43,068 nt of DNA from Myxococcota bacterium (GCA_023150835.1 JAKLKB010000134.1:1-43068), one strand, 5' to 3'; positions 17,135 through 26,765 are shown, counted from the first letter of the stretch. Notes: generated by a model from the sequence alone, not told the origin. Made by a program: numbers and translations.

Positions 17135-18664
17135 TCACTCGCATCGTGCGGTACCGGGGTTGTACTTTGTGCTGGGTGGACAGACACAGGCGTTGATTTC
17201 GGCCTTGGTGAACCACTGATAGCGGAAGTATTGGAGTGAACCGTCGGTGAATCGGACAAAACCAACGAACTCGAACTGGTCGGAACCTTGGGTGTGTTGA
17301 TAGAACCCTTGTTCCCAGAAAAGCCGCGCAAGTAGGGGATTGGAGGCATACTGGTTGCTGCGGAGAAACTTGGAGAAGTTGCAGGTTCCACCGAGCGGGA
17401 AGGTGCGAGTCAGTCTGTGCGGATCGAAGACGGTGTCATGGCAGATCCCGCCGTCGCAGAGGGTTCCTTTGTTTTGCGTGGTGCAATCGGTGTTGGCGGT
17501 GCAAGTCGAACCTGTCACAGGCTTATAGCAAGATCCGCTTTTGCAAACCGCCGTCGTTCCGCCCACATCAGCGCAATCTTTGTCTGCTGTACAAGGGAGC
17601 AACGCAGGTTTGAAGTTTCCACCAAGACCCATCATCGTACAACGCGAAGGTTTGAGCGGAGTGTTGTTGTGCCAAGGGTAGTTGACGCACTCGCCGCCCG
17701 GCCCAAGGTAATCTCGAAGCTCTTTGCACTCGGCATATCGGGTTTCATCCGCAACCCATGTGTAGCACTTGCTGGCTTGGCAAAAGGCTTCGCCTTTGGC
17801 GGTGCAATCGTCGTCTTGGGTGCATGTGAGGGTGGCGTGGGGTTTGTAGCAACGCTTGTCCTTGCAGATCGCGGTGCTTCCGCCTTGAGCGGTGCAGTCC
17901 GCGTCGCTTGCGCAGGGGCTTGTCACTAGATCGAATGCTCCGTCTTTTCGCATCGTCGCGCAGTGCTCTCCAAAACACTCACCTACGCCGTTGCATCCGA
18001 CGTTGGAGAGTGCCGCAACCTCGATCTTGGAAGTTGCAGCACCAGCGTATTTGTGGAAGATCGTCATCCGATAGTTTTTGTTTACGTCGAGCTTGTCCCC
18101 CGGCACTTTGGCGTCGCCATTCTTGAGCGTCTTGACGATCTTTCCGCTGCTATCGAGTTCTTCAACGAGAAACTGAATGCACGTGTTGTTGCCGACCGTA
18201 TAGGTGTCTGTGCCGCAGGTGACCTTGACGAGGCCGCACTCAAAGGGGGCTGTTGTGCAGAGCTTGCCGTCCTCGAAGTTTTCGCCTTTTAACACCACCC
18301 AGCTCAGATCGCCGCATGTGATCTTGGCGGTGCTGCCGATCTTTCCTGCTTCGATGGTACACTTGACGGGATCTCCTTTGGGGCCGGGATCGCCTTTTTC
18401 GCCTTTCTCACCCGTCGCACCCGTCGCGCCAGCCGTACCAGCCGCACCGGTCGCACCGGTCGCACCAGCCGTCCCTTGCTCGCCTTTGGCCCCATCTTTC
18501 CCGTCTTTTCCATTTTTGACCGTGTAGGTTTTTCCGCCACACGTGAGGGTTGCGGTGCCGTCGGCATTCTCTTGGAGGGTGCAGGGCGCACCACAGCCGG
18601 GATTGAAGATCAAAAGCAAACACCCTGATAGTCCCAAAACGCATCGGAAAAGCAGATTTCTCAC
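17135..18664 (-). CDS. Secreted or lipoprotein collagen-like, Cys-rich protein
   Basis: GTG start after AAGGAGG; signal ending in NPGC; about 16 Gly-X-Y triplets (GKDGKDGAKGEQGTAGATG...GPKGDP); repeated C-x3-DC Cys modules. Confidence 0.85.
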   Translation of the reverse strand: MRNLLFRCVLGLSGCLLLIFNPGCGAPCTLQENADGTATLTCGGKTYTVKNGKDGKDGAKGEQGTAGATGATGAAGTAGATGATGEKGEKGDPGPKGDPVKCTIEAGKIGSTAKITCGDLSWVVLKGENFEDGKLCTTAPFECGLVKVTCGTDTYTVGNNTCIQFLVEELDSSGKIVKTLKNGDAKVPGDKLDVNKNYRMTIFHKYAGAATSKIEVAALSNVGCNGVGECFGEHCATMRKDGAFDLVTSPCASDADCTAQGGSTAICKDKRCYKPHATLTCTQDDDCTAKGEAFCQASKCYTWVADETRYAECKELRDYLGPGGECVNYPWHNNTPLKPSRCTMMGLGGNFKPALLPCTADKDCADVGGTTAVCKSGSCYKPVTGSTCTANTDCTTQNKGTLCDGGICHDTVFDPHRLTRTFPLGGTCNFSKFLRSNQYASNPLLARLFWEQGFYQHTQGSDQFEFVGFVRFTDGSLQYFRYQWFTKAEINACVCPPSTKYNPGTARCE

Positions 18665-18963
18665 AGGATCCTCCTTGTGCGATCGTTGTTCAGAGGTGCA
18701 TGACAACCACGCCAATGACACTTCCGAAAGAGTCAGAGATCGAAGCGACAGCGACACAGCAAGTTCCCGATGGCGTGATATCCTGAGGTTGCGCGAGCAA
18801 AAAAGGGTGAAATGTTGGTCTGTAGAGGCCCTTGATTCGGGCGAGGACATCCACTCGCTGCTGCGTTTTCGTCACACATTCGTCGGATTTCGTGATCTTG
18901 TTTGGATCGATTCTGATCGACAAAGATCGCAATCGACTGCTTGTTCTGGCTTCTCTCTTAGAG

Positions 18964-18995
18964 AGAGTGTCAAAAAATCAAGAAAGGGGGCTTTT
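18964..18995 (-). promoter_or_regulatory. Putative ECF-sigma promoter motif upstream of the collagen-like gene
   Basis: 28/32 identical to 22553-22584 upstream of the ECF sigma gene; same orientation. Confidence 0.6.
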
Positions 18996-19100
18996 TCTTT
19001 TTGATGAAATAGCGAGGCAGATCCTCTGAACGGGAGGCTTGTGATGCAACCAGCGATGCGAGCGACTATCTCATCGCAATGATCGCGTTTTCTCTCCCGC

Positions 19101-20756
19101 TCAAAAGCGGTGGCGTAAAGCGAACAGTGCGCTCCAACGGAGAGAGGCACGCCATTCTTCGCCCAAATAGCCGAAATCAACGCCCAGATCGCCTTGTAGC
19201 GCCATGCCCCAACGCGGATCCAGCCAAAGTCCCAACGAGGCCGTTGCCCCTGTTTGAAAAGCCGCGCTCGCCGCGAGTTCTCGATGGGTATCTTGCAGCA
19301 AAAGGCCCCCGCCCAGATAACCGCCCACGAAGAACGTCCACCGTTCCCAATGCCCGCTGTATCCGCCTTCTACACGCAGATCGAGATATATCTGTGGGGT
19401 CGGCAGTTTTTGAACATCGACCGATGTGGTCCACGCCCCCAAACGAAGGGCAAAGAAGGGGTATCTCAACCCGATCGCGCCACCCAAAAAAGCGCTCCCA
19501 CCTACAAAAGCAGCGCTATTCGCGCCAAGCAAGAGTTCGAGAGAACGCTCCGCGAGGGGAACTTCTTCCTTGAGGTGCTTCCAGTCCAAAGGCATCTCTT
19601 GGGAAGGCGTCTGTTGCCTAGAAGCCGTCGCCTTGCTGGGGTCTGTGTGTTCGGTCTTTGCACCCCGCCTCAAGTACTGGTTGGCATACGCAAGGTTTTT
19701 GTGTTGGAGGCCGAGGTGAAAGATCTGTTCGGGCTGTAATTGAAGTTGTACAAGAAAAGCGTTTTTTTTGTGCCGCCATTGGAGTTTGTACAATCCCGAT
19801 GTCATCGCAAGGCGCAAAGGCTCACCGTTTTGTTTATAAAAATCTGCGTAGAGGTTGCCTTTTGCGTCCCAAAGAAAGAAATGCCCAGCCAGCGAAGGGT
19901 GGAAATGCAGTTGGGTGTTGGTTTGTTTGGAGTGGCTCAGGATGATCTGGCCTGTGCCGCTGAGATTGGTGTGAAAGTGTGGGCTTTGTAGGCCAGCTTG
20001 TGCGAAGATCGTTCGGTTAATTGTTCGATGATAAGCATAAGAATAAAGTTCGTGTAAAGTGATCCGCTCGTCGTGATCGAGGTCGGCTGCGCCTCGCAGC
20101 CCTGTGGCGAGGTAGTGGGTGAAAATACCGCCGCGCAGCTTGAGATCTTCGTAGGCATTCTCTCGGCTTCCCGTAGATGTAAGAATTGCTTCCCCTTTGG
20201 TTGCATAGGTATTCAAGTGTGGGATACGGATTCCTTCTTTGCGGTGTGCAAGACCTTTTGTATGAAGAAATCGTCCTGCATCGCAAGTATCAAGAAACGC
20301 AAGGCGTAAGGTCGCGCCCGAAGAACGCAAAAAAGATCGCAGTGCTTCAAAAGACAGAGATGTTTCACCGAGATAGAACTCTCCATTGCGTGCGTGTCCA
20401 GAGTAGTAAACCCACAGCGTGATCGATGCCTTGGGTTGGTTGCGCTTGAGGGCGTGGATTCGGTGCTTGATTTGATCGAACACTTTCTGGACGTAGTCGG
20501 CTTCGCGCTCCAAAACAAGAAAGATATCACGGTCGCGATAGCCTGCGACTTGTATCAACACATCGCGCATCTTTCTCGCATCGGAAACTGCGTAGTACAG
20601 GCGTTTTGCGCGGCCTCCAGCGTCGTTATGCGCAAACAGGAACGCGATCCGATGCTCTTGCGGTGCCTTTTTTGGTGTTTGTGCGTGTGTGCTCGGCAGG
20701 TGACAGAAGATCAGGCCAAACATCCAAAGAAAAAGGCGCACGCGATAGCAGATCAT
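19101..20756 (-). CDS. Secreted caspase-family (peptidase C14) protein with C-terminal beta-barrel-like domain
   Basis: Signal peptide; LYYAVSDA, YYSGHA (His), FLDTCDAG (Cys), GGIFTHYLATGLRGAAD; amphipathic strands ending in Phe. Confidence 0.9.
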   Translation of the reverse strand: MICYRVRLFLWMFGLIFCHLPSTHAQTPKKAPQEHRIAFLFAHNDAGGRAKRLYYAVSDARKMRDVLIQVAGYRDRDIFLVLEREADYVQKVFDQIKHRIHALKRNQPKASITLWVYYSGHARNGEFYLGETSLSFEALRSFLRSSGATLRLAFLDTCDAGRFLHTKGLAHRKEGIRIPHLNTYATKGEAILTSTGSRENAYEDLKLRGGIFTHYLATGLRGAADLDHDERITLHELYSYAYHRTINRTIFAQAGLQSPHFHTNLSGTGQIILSHSKQTNTQLHFHPSLAGHFFLWDAKGNLYADFYKQNGEPLRLAMTSGLYKLQWRHKKNAFLVQLQLQPEQIFHLGLQHKNLAYANQYLRRGAKTEHTDPSKATASRQQTPSQEMPLDWKHLKEEVPLAERSLELLLGANSAAFVGGSAFLGGAIGLRYPFFALRLGAWTTSVDVQKLPTPQIYLDLRVEGGYSGHWERWTFFVGGYLGGGLLLQDTHRELAASAAFQTGATASLGLWLDPRWGMALQGDLGVDFGYLGEEWRASLRWSALFALRHRF

Positions 20757-21664
20757 CTTTGCTCCTTAGGTCGGTGCAAGCGGAAGGCTTGCACCGTGTA
20801 GCAATGCTGCGGAGGCGTCTTGGATGTGTGGCTTGCCAGAGGTCTCGCAAGTGTGGCAAGCAACGTCTCTTTTGCTTGTGAAAAAGACAGTGCGTGCTTG
20901 GAAAAGCAAGCCCAGATCTCTTCGTCTCCGTCGGCTGAATCGATCACTTCCAAACTGCCTGAAAGCGGGAATTGTTTGCTTGCCTTGAGAGGGAAGCTTG
21001 GCTTTGTTTGCGCGTTCGGGTACAGCGGCGTGATCTGGCCTTTGGCGTCGCGGTGGACGATGTACCCAAAGCTATCGACTGGCGAATTCAGGACGAGTTG
21101 CAATCGATCACCTTGCACGAAGAGTTCTCCTGAACGAGCCAGTCGAGTCTTTCGGGCGCGTTGAACAAAGATCAGAAGATGGGGGCGATGGCTTCCTCGG
21201 CTTAATAGTTCCGTTTCATGAGGCAGTGATGTAGGTATATCACCGAGGGGCTTCTCTTGTAAATGAATTTTTTGGGGGCGAAAAAGAAAGACGAAACACA
21301 ACGAAACCATCGCGAAAGAGAGTCCTCCCCATCGGAGCCAACGACGCAACGAACCGATGGAACGGCCTACTGGAGCATCGCCTGTGCGCGTGGGTGTAGA
21401 AAGGGGGGGGGCGCTTGTGCGCGTGGTGGTAGAAAGGGGGGGGGCGCTTTGTGTGGGTGTAGAAAGGCGGCGGTCGCTTGTGTCGGGTGGCGTTTCAAAG
21501 CCATCAAGCGGGTATTGTGTGTGGGCTGTAAAAGAATCACGCGACTGGATGCGTGCGAGCAGATCAAGAGATGGAGGATCGGCGTCTTTTTTCTCTTCTT
21601 CAAAAAAAGCTTGTAAGAGTTGTTCAAAGGCTTCTTCTTGTGGGCCTGTGGGATATCGATTCAC
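20753..21664 (-). CDS. Membrane-anchored DUF4384 domain protein (putative anti-sigma/sensor)
   Basis: Single TM, then LSRG...GDRLQLV...YIVHRDAKGQITPLYP...EEIWACFS; lies between sigma and caspase genes; ATGA overlap with caspase. Confidence 0.75.
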   Translation of the reverse strand: MNRYPTGPQEEAFEQLLQAFFEEEKKDADPPSLDLLARIQSRDSFTAHTQYPLDGFETPPDTSDRRLSTPTQSAPPLSTTTRTSAPPLSTPTRTGDAPVGRSIGSLRRWLRWGGLSFAMVSLCFVFLFRPQKIHLQEKPLGDIPTSLPHETELLSRGSHRPHLLIFVQRARKTRLARSGELFVQGDRLQLVLNSPVDSFGYIVHRDAKGQITPLYPNAQTKPSFPLKASKQFPLSGSLEVIDSADGDEEIWACFSKHALSFSQAKETLLATLARPLASHTSKTPPQHCYTVQAFRLHRPKEQR

Positions 21665-21761
21665 TTTTCATCCTCCCAACCAAACGGCGAACAAAGCGCG
21701 ATTTGCTTGGTCATACGATCTCAGAGATTTTGTTCGCTAGTCGCTCTTGTCGGATCTCGTG

Positions 21762-22322
21762 TTATCCGCAATCCACGAAGTGACTTTGCCAAAGTTCTTT
21801 TAAGACTTTGCGAGCACGTTTCAGCCTTGATTTCGCGACTTCGTACGAAACTTCCAGCATTTGCGAGATCTCTTCGAGCGAAAGTTCTTCGAGGTAGCGT
21901 AGATAAAGGATCTCACGCGCATCAGGCTTTAATGTCTCAAACACCTGTCGCAACAAGGACACTTGCTCTTTGCTGCTCAGCAACGCTTCTGGGCTTGGGG
22001 CCTCGTCCGTCAGTTGCAGGAGGTCTTCGCTATCGTCCGTGTTCGTCGCTCGGCTCTTCGTTGGATGCGATTGATAGGACTTCCACGTGACTCGTCGGGC
22101 GATGGTCAAGATCCAAGCCTTGAAAGAGCCTCCGCGAAAACCGGAAAGAACGGGCCAAAGATCAGAAAAGATCTCTTGGGTAAGTTCTTCGGCTTCTTCG
22201 GTCGAAACGCGCCATGCCTTTCGCAAGTAACGATAAACGATCGGCAAGCAATACGCAGCCAGCGCGTCACGCGCCTCTTTTTCTCCCCCTACAGCTCGTA
22301 TGATCTGCGTTTGGATCTCCAT
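21762..22322 (-). CDS. ECF RNA polymerase sigma factor
   Basis: Region 2 AEELTQEIF...FKAWILTIARR; region 4 REILYLRYLEELSLEEISQML...KSRLKRARK. Confidence 0.93.
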   Translation of the reverse strand: MEIQTQIIRAVGGEKEARDALAAYCLPIVYRYLRKAWRVSTEEAEELTQEIFSDLWPVLSGFRGGSFKAWILTIARRVTWKSYQSHPTKSRATNTDDSEDLLQLTDEAPSPEALLSSKEQVSLLRQVFETLKPDAREILYLRYLEELSLEEISQMLEVSYEVAKSRLKRARKVLKELWQSHFVDCG

Positions 22323-22400
22323 CTCTCTTCTCTCGCCGTGTACTCTGCCAACGTCTCCGCTTCAAAGGTCTTTCGTCACAGGGGCGACGCAGACGACAAC

Positions 22401-22520
22401 AACCCCCGTGTTTGCGGCACTTCAAGCGACAGAGCCACCTGTGTGAAAACAGTGACCTTTTCGCCAAACGCGGGGCCAAGAGGGCTTTGCCCCCTCGCGG
22501 GGTGGGGTGGAACTCCACCA
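22401..22520. repeat. Family B element, copy 2
   Basis: cccgtgtttgcggcacttcaagcg...tcgccaaacgcggggccaag...ggggtggaactccac. Confidence 0.75.
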
Positions 22521-22552
22521 TACCTATGCCGAATGCCTTACTCCTATTCCAT

Positions 22553-22584
22553 AGAGTGTCGAAAAATCAAAAGAAGGGGCTTTT
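22553..22584 (-). promoter_or_regulatory. Putative autoregulatory ECF-sigma promoter
   Basis: Minus strand aaaagccccttcttttgatttttcgacactct; near-identical copy at 18964-18995. Confidence 0.6.
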
Positions 22585-22760
22585 GATTTTCGCAGGGCAT
22601 GAGATGAGGGAGCGGGTATCGGTGCAGCGGAGGGTTTGGTTAAAGACGGATGCAAAAGCCCAACCATCGCCCCGAGCGGATATCGGTGTGGTGGAGGGTT
22701 TGGAGGGAGATGACGAACTTCTTGAGGCGAGGGACGCACCATGGAGGGTGGGTAGAAACA

Positions 22761-22796
22761 AAAAAAGCCCGAAGTGGAAAACCACAACGAGCTTTT
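22761..22796 (-). terminator. Intrinsic terminator after tRNA-Leu
   Basis: Minus strand aaaagctcg-ttgtggttttccactt-cgggctttttt, hairpin plus U-tract. Confidence 0.7.
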
Positions 22797-22801
22797 GACT
22801 G

Positions 22802-22885
22802 TGCCGAAGAAAGGACTTGAACCTTCACGGGGTTGCCCCCACTAGACCCTGAACCTAGCGTGTCTACCAATTCCACCACTCCGGC
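22802..22885 (-). tRNA. tRNA-Leu (CAG), CCA not encoded
   Basis: GCCGGAGTGGTGGAATTGGTAGACACGCTAGGTTCAGGGTCTAG...GGTTCAAGTCC...TCGGCA; long variable arm. Confidence 0.95.
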
Positions 22886-22957
22886 GCATACGAGGATGAG
22901 TGATTACACCAAGAGATCGGGGTTGTCAAGGAAAAATTGGCCCGAGCGGGGAAAGGG

Positions 22958-24082
22958 TTAGTTGCAAAAGGCCGCAACGAGCGATATCCAACCTGCGCGA
23001 AGGATGCCTGTCGAAGCACCGTTGGCGTCTTGTTGATAGATGGGAGGGGCTTTGCAGGTCTTGGTGAGGTGCGTGTAAGAAAGGGCGAAAGATCCGGGGG
23101 ATGCGTTGAAATACACAGCCAGACCGGCATTTGATGTGCTTGTCGAACTGGTGATCGGTGGATTGTTCGGATAATAGGGGCCATCACCGCTTGCGGGTGA
23201 CATGGAAACGGTGACACCTGCGAAGGGAACAGGGATATTGCCATAGACGCCATCAAAGACGTCGCTCACAAGGACTCCTTTGGCGGGATCGAGCGGTTTG
23301 CCCGAAAGGGCTAGGGAGAGCTGATTGAGTTCTGTGGCCGTCACCACTCCGACGAAAAACGGGCGAACCGATTGTCCGGGCGGTATGCGAAAAGGCAGCA
23401 AGATCGGGTACAAACCCAATGTTGCGCTGGTGAGCGTCAGGATCGCATCTTTTCCTACAGGAAAGTCAGTGATCTTGAATTCACCTGAACTACCCGAAGT
23501 GACGCACGATGTAGGGATGCCATCGACGCAAACATCGATCCCTTGGACAAAAGCGCCTGTGGAAAAAGAGCGAATGCTTCCCTCTACCAAGGTTGTGCTC
23601 GGATATTCGGGCGTGATCTCTGCGGATGTCTCGGGCGTGGGCTCTGATGTGTGTTCGTTTAACATCTCGTTTCCGCCGTCGATAGGGGCTTCTTGTGTGG
23701 CTTCTTGTGTGGCTTCATTTTCGGGCGAAGGCTCGGGATTTGTGTTTTCTGTGGGTTCGGGTGAAGGCTCGGGGTTTGTGTTTTCCGTGGGTTCGGGCGA
23801 AGGCTCGGGGGGGTTCGCCTCAGAGGTCGGTTCTGTTGTGGCTGCATCTTCGGGCGAGGCCGATTCTTGGGCGGGTTCTTGGAGCAGCTCTTTCGTGGGT
23901 TCGGTGAGCGCGTCAGCGGTTGTTTCGGCGGTTTGGGCTTCGGGTTCGATGGTGGATTCTTGGGCGTCCTTGGGGGTTTCCGAAGAGTTATTTTCTTGGG
24001 GCGGAGTGGTTTGACAGCCGACGTGTGTCACGAAAGAAAAGCCAAAAAAACAAAGCAGTAAAAAGATCCAACGCATCGACAC
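22958..24082 (-). CDS. Putative lipoprotein with acidic Pro/Glu/Thr linker and C-terminal beta-sandwich (carboxypeptidase-regulatory-like) domains
   Basis: Signal ending in HVGC; EPSPEPTENTNP repeats; VEGSIRS...VTSGSSGEFKI. Confidence 0.8.
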   Translation of the reverse strand: MSMRWIFLLLCFFGFSFVTHVGCQTTPPQENNSSETPKDAQESTIEPEAQTAETTADALTEPTKELLQEPAQESASPEDAATTEPTSEANPPEPSPEPTENTNPEPSPEPTENTNPEPSPENEATQEATQEAPIDGGNEMLNEHTSEPTPETSAEITPEYPSTTLVEGSIRSFSTGAFVQGIDVCVDGIPTSCVTSGSSGEFKITDFPVGKDAILTLTSATLGLYPILLPFRIPPGQSVRPFFVGVVTATELNQLSLALSGKPLDPAKGVLVSDVFDGVYGNIPVPFAGVTVSMSPASGDGPYYPNNPPITSSTSTSNAGLAVYFNASPGSFALSYTHLTKTCKAPPIYQQDANGASTGILRAGWISLVAAFCN

Positions 24083-24123
24083 AAACCTCTCGTGTGGAAA
24101 TGAAGAATTACGCAGCGGACTTA

Positions 24124-24433
24124 AAAAAAGCCACGTGTTCGCGCTGCTTCAAGCGAGAGCGTCGTTGGAGTGAACAGCGATGATCTCTTCGCCAACACGG
24201 GGTCAAGGGGGCAAAGCTCCCTTGCGGGGAACGGGGCAGCGCCCCATAGGCGTTAGGTTAAGCGCTTGTTGGCCCCCCACCCCAGCCCTCCCCCGTGAAC
24301 AGGGGAGGGAGCGAAAGTCGGAAGCAGCGGGGATGTTGTTTTTTCGTGACGCACGCTGTATGCACGAGACGCGATCAGGCTAGACTATCCGGTGTTTCCA
24401 CCTTAACAAGGCGCGTATGGGGCAGCGCCCCAC
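24124..24433. repeat. Stacked repeats: family B copy 3 (24124-24248) followed by family C copy (24272-24433)
   Basis: Homologous to 12338-12467 and to 13-238 respectively. Confidence 0.85.
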
Positions 24434-24513
24434 AAAAGGAGCAACTGCGCAAGTCTTATGAACATGGGAGTGATGCAGTTGCCAAAAACCCCCGTGTATG
24501 CGCATCCGAAAGA

Positions 24514-26709
24514 TCAGCGAACGCAAAGCAGAGGAGCTTGGTATCCAGAGGAGCTGCAAGTTCCTGCCCCGGGGCAACAATTACTGCCGCAAGTGGGTAA
24601 ACAGGCGGTTCCTCTGGGCCAGCAATAGGAGGATGTATGGGTGCCTCCGCACGAGGAAGTTGCAGAGCTTCCACCTGTGTACATACAAACGCTGGTGCCG
24701 CTTTGGTATCGGGTGATATTGGCAGCTTGCGCCCATTGGCCGATCAACATCAAGGTGGCGACGGTAAATCCAGCCGGACAATCCGAGGCCAACGGGGAGG
24801 ATGTATAGCAACCGACCACACGGAATTCACGGGCTCCTGTGCAGGCGCTGAACCAGCCTGTACACGATGTACTCGCAACGATCGTAGTGATCGGGTAGTT
24901 GTAGCCGCCACACGAGACGCTTGCTGTCACGCATACGCCGTTTTGGCAGGTTTGGGTGCTTCCACAGACTCGACCACATCCGCCGCAGTGGTTGTTGTCG
25001 GTTTGTACGTTGACACAGGTGTTGTTGCAGTTGGTTTGACCGCTGCCGCAGACGATCCGACAAGCTCCTGTGATGCAGCTTTGTCCGCTTGGACAGGCGT
25101 TGTTGCAGGCTCCGCAGTTCTTGGGATCGGTTTGGTAGTTAATGCAGGCATTGTTGCACACCGACGCGCCTGTGGGGCAACTGCAGATCCCTGTAGCGCA
25201 AGAGCCGCCTGTTGGACAGGCGGTACTACAGCGGCCACAATGCCCCATGTTCGTTTGCAGATCCACACACTGCCCGCTGCAAGCCGTCTGTTTCGTCGGG
25301 CAGGCCAGAGTGCATTGCCCGTTTCCGCAAACTTCACCCGCTGCACAGGCTTTTGTACAGGAGCCACAGTATTTGTTGTCGCTGTTGAGGTCGACGCACT
25401 GTCCGTTGCAATTGGAGAGTCCTCTTGGGCACGAGCAAACGCCGCTGGTACAGGACTTTCCGCCCACGCAGATCGACCCGCAGCTTCCGCAGTTTCGGAG
25501 ATCCGTTTTCAAGTCGACGCAACTCCCGCTACAGTCGCTTTGTCCGCTTGGGCAAACCAGTGTGCATTGGCCGTTGAGACATTGCTCGGCGGTTTTGCAG
25601 GGTGTATTGCAGCCCCCGCAATGATCGACGTTTCCTTTGGTATCTACGCAAACGCCGTTGCATTCGGTTTGGTTGCTTGTGCATCCGCAGACCCCTGCGA
25701 CGCAGATCTTGCCGCTGGTACAAACCGTTCCGCAAGTGCCGCAATGGGCCGAGTCATTTTGTAGATTGACGCACGTTCCGTTGCATTCGCTTTGGCCCGA
25801 AGGACAGTTGAGTCCGCACTTTCCACCGACGCATAACTCGCCGTTGGCGCACACGGTTGCGCAAGCACCGCAATGGCTTCGATCGCTTTGCAAGTCGACG
25901 CAAGCGCCGTTGCAGTCGCTTTGCCCTACGATACAAGCACACGTTCCCAAACCACAGGTCTTTCCGCCAGAACAAGCTGCGTTGCAAGCCCCGCAATGGC
26001 TCGGATCGTTTTGTGTATCCACGCATCTGGCCGAACACTCGGTCTGTCCAGACGGGCAGCTTACCGAACACTTTCCTGCTGCACAGATCTCTCCTGCTTT
26101 GCAAGCAGTTCCGCAAGCGCCGCAGTGCGCGCTGGTGCTTTGCAGATCAAAACAGCCACCCGCACAAGCGCTTTGTCCTGTTGGGCAACTGACGACGCAT
26201 TTTCCTGCGTTGCACAGTTCGCCTGTTTTGCAAGCATTCCCGCAAGCGCCGCAGTGACGGTGGTCGGTCTGAAAATCCACGCAATTTCCTGCGCAGGCGC
26301 TTTGGGACTTCGGGCAGGAGATCTCGCATTTTCCGCTCTTACAGCGCTGGCCTTGCTCGCAGATCGTCCCACAAACGCCGCAATGATTGTCGTCCGTTTG
26401 AAGATCGCTGCATTTTCCGCTGCAATCGGTCTGTCCCGATGGGCAGGCACAAGAGCCGTCGATACAGTTTTTTCCCGTAGCACAGGCGTTTCCGCACTTT
26501 CCACAATGCTCGGTGTCTTTTTTGAGGTGGACACAGTTTCCATCGCAAAAAGTCTGGGTGCTACCACAGATCGAAACACACGAACCGGCTTTGCAGATCG
26601 TTCCTGCTGCGCACGTCACAGAAGCGCATGGATCGGGGGTTCCACAACCTCCCATCCACGCAAGCCACAACCACGCCACGCTCAACCAAAAGAGGCTTCG
26701 GTATGCCAT
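24514..26709 (-). CDS. Cys-rich repeat lipoprotein (13 MXAN_6577-like/STIG1-like repeats)
   Basis: ATG after AAGGAG; signal ending in GGC; 13 units of C-x-D-x-Q-T-D-x-x-H-C-G-x-C; distinct Cys-rich C-terminal domain. Confidence 0.9.
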   Translation of the reverse strand: MAYRSLFWLSVAWLWLAWMGGCGTPDPCASVTCAAGTICKAGSCVSICGSTQTFCDGNCVHLKKDTEHCGKCGNACATGKNCIDGSCACPSGQTDCSGKCSDLQTDDNHCGVCGTICEQGQRCKSGKCEISCPKSQSACAGNCVDFQTDHRHCGACGNACKTGELCNAGKCVVSCPTGQSACAGGCFDLQSTSAHCGACGTACKAGEICAAGKCSVSCPSGQTECSARCVDTQNDPSHCGACNAACSGGKTCGLGTCACIVGQSDCNGACVDLQSDRSHCGACATVCANGELCVGGKCGLNCPSGQSECNGTCVNLQNDSAHCGTCGTVCTSGKICVAGVCGCTSNQTECNGVCVDTKGNVDHCGGCNTPCKTAEQCLNGQCTLVCPSGQSDCSGSCVDLKTDLRNCGSCGSICVGGKSCTSGVCSCPRGLSNCNGQCVDLNSDNKYCGSCTKACAAGEVCGNGQCTLACPTKQTACSGQCVDLQTNMGHCGRCSTACPTGGSCATGICSCPTGASVCNNACINYQTDPKNCGACNNACPSGQSCITGACRIVCGSGQTNCNNTCVNVQTDNNHCGGCGRVCGSTQTCQNGVCVTASVSCGGYNYPITTIVASTSCTGWFSACTGAREFRVVGCYTSSPLASDCPAGFTVATLMLIGQWAQAANITRYQSGTSVCMYTGGSSATSSCGGTHTSSYCWPRGTACLPTCGSNCCPGAGTCSSSGYQAPLLCVR

Positions 26710-26765
26710 GAAATCATCTCCTTTTTTTGGGATATCGGTGTTGTTTGTTGGAAAAAGATACATGG

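Noticed and set aside
17135-18664. Phage tail fibre (collagen repeats)
   Set aside because: Has a signal/lipoprotein peptide and many Cys; no phage genes nearby
18665-18960. Riboswitch in the long leader of the collagen-like gene
   Set aside because: No known aptamer consensus recognised by eye; an Rfam scan would be needed
22802-22885. tRNA-anchored genomic island or prophage
   Set aside because: No integrase and no duplicated tRNA 3' end found for either tRNA
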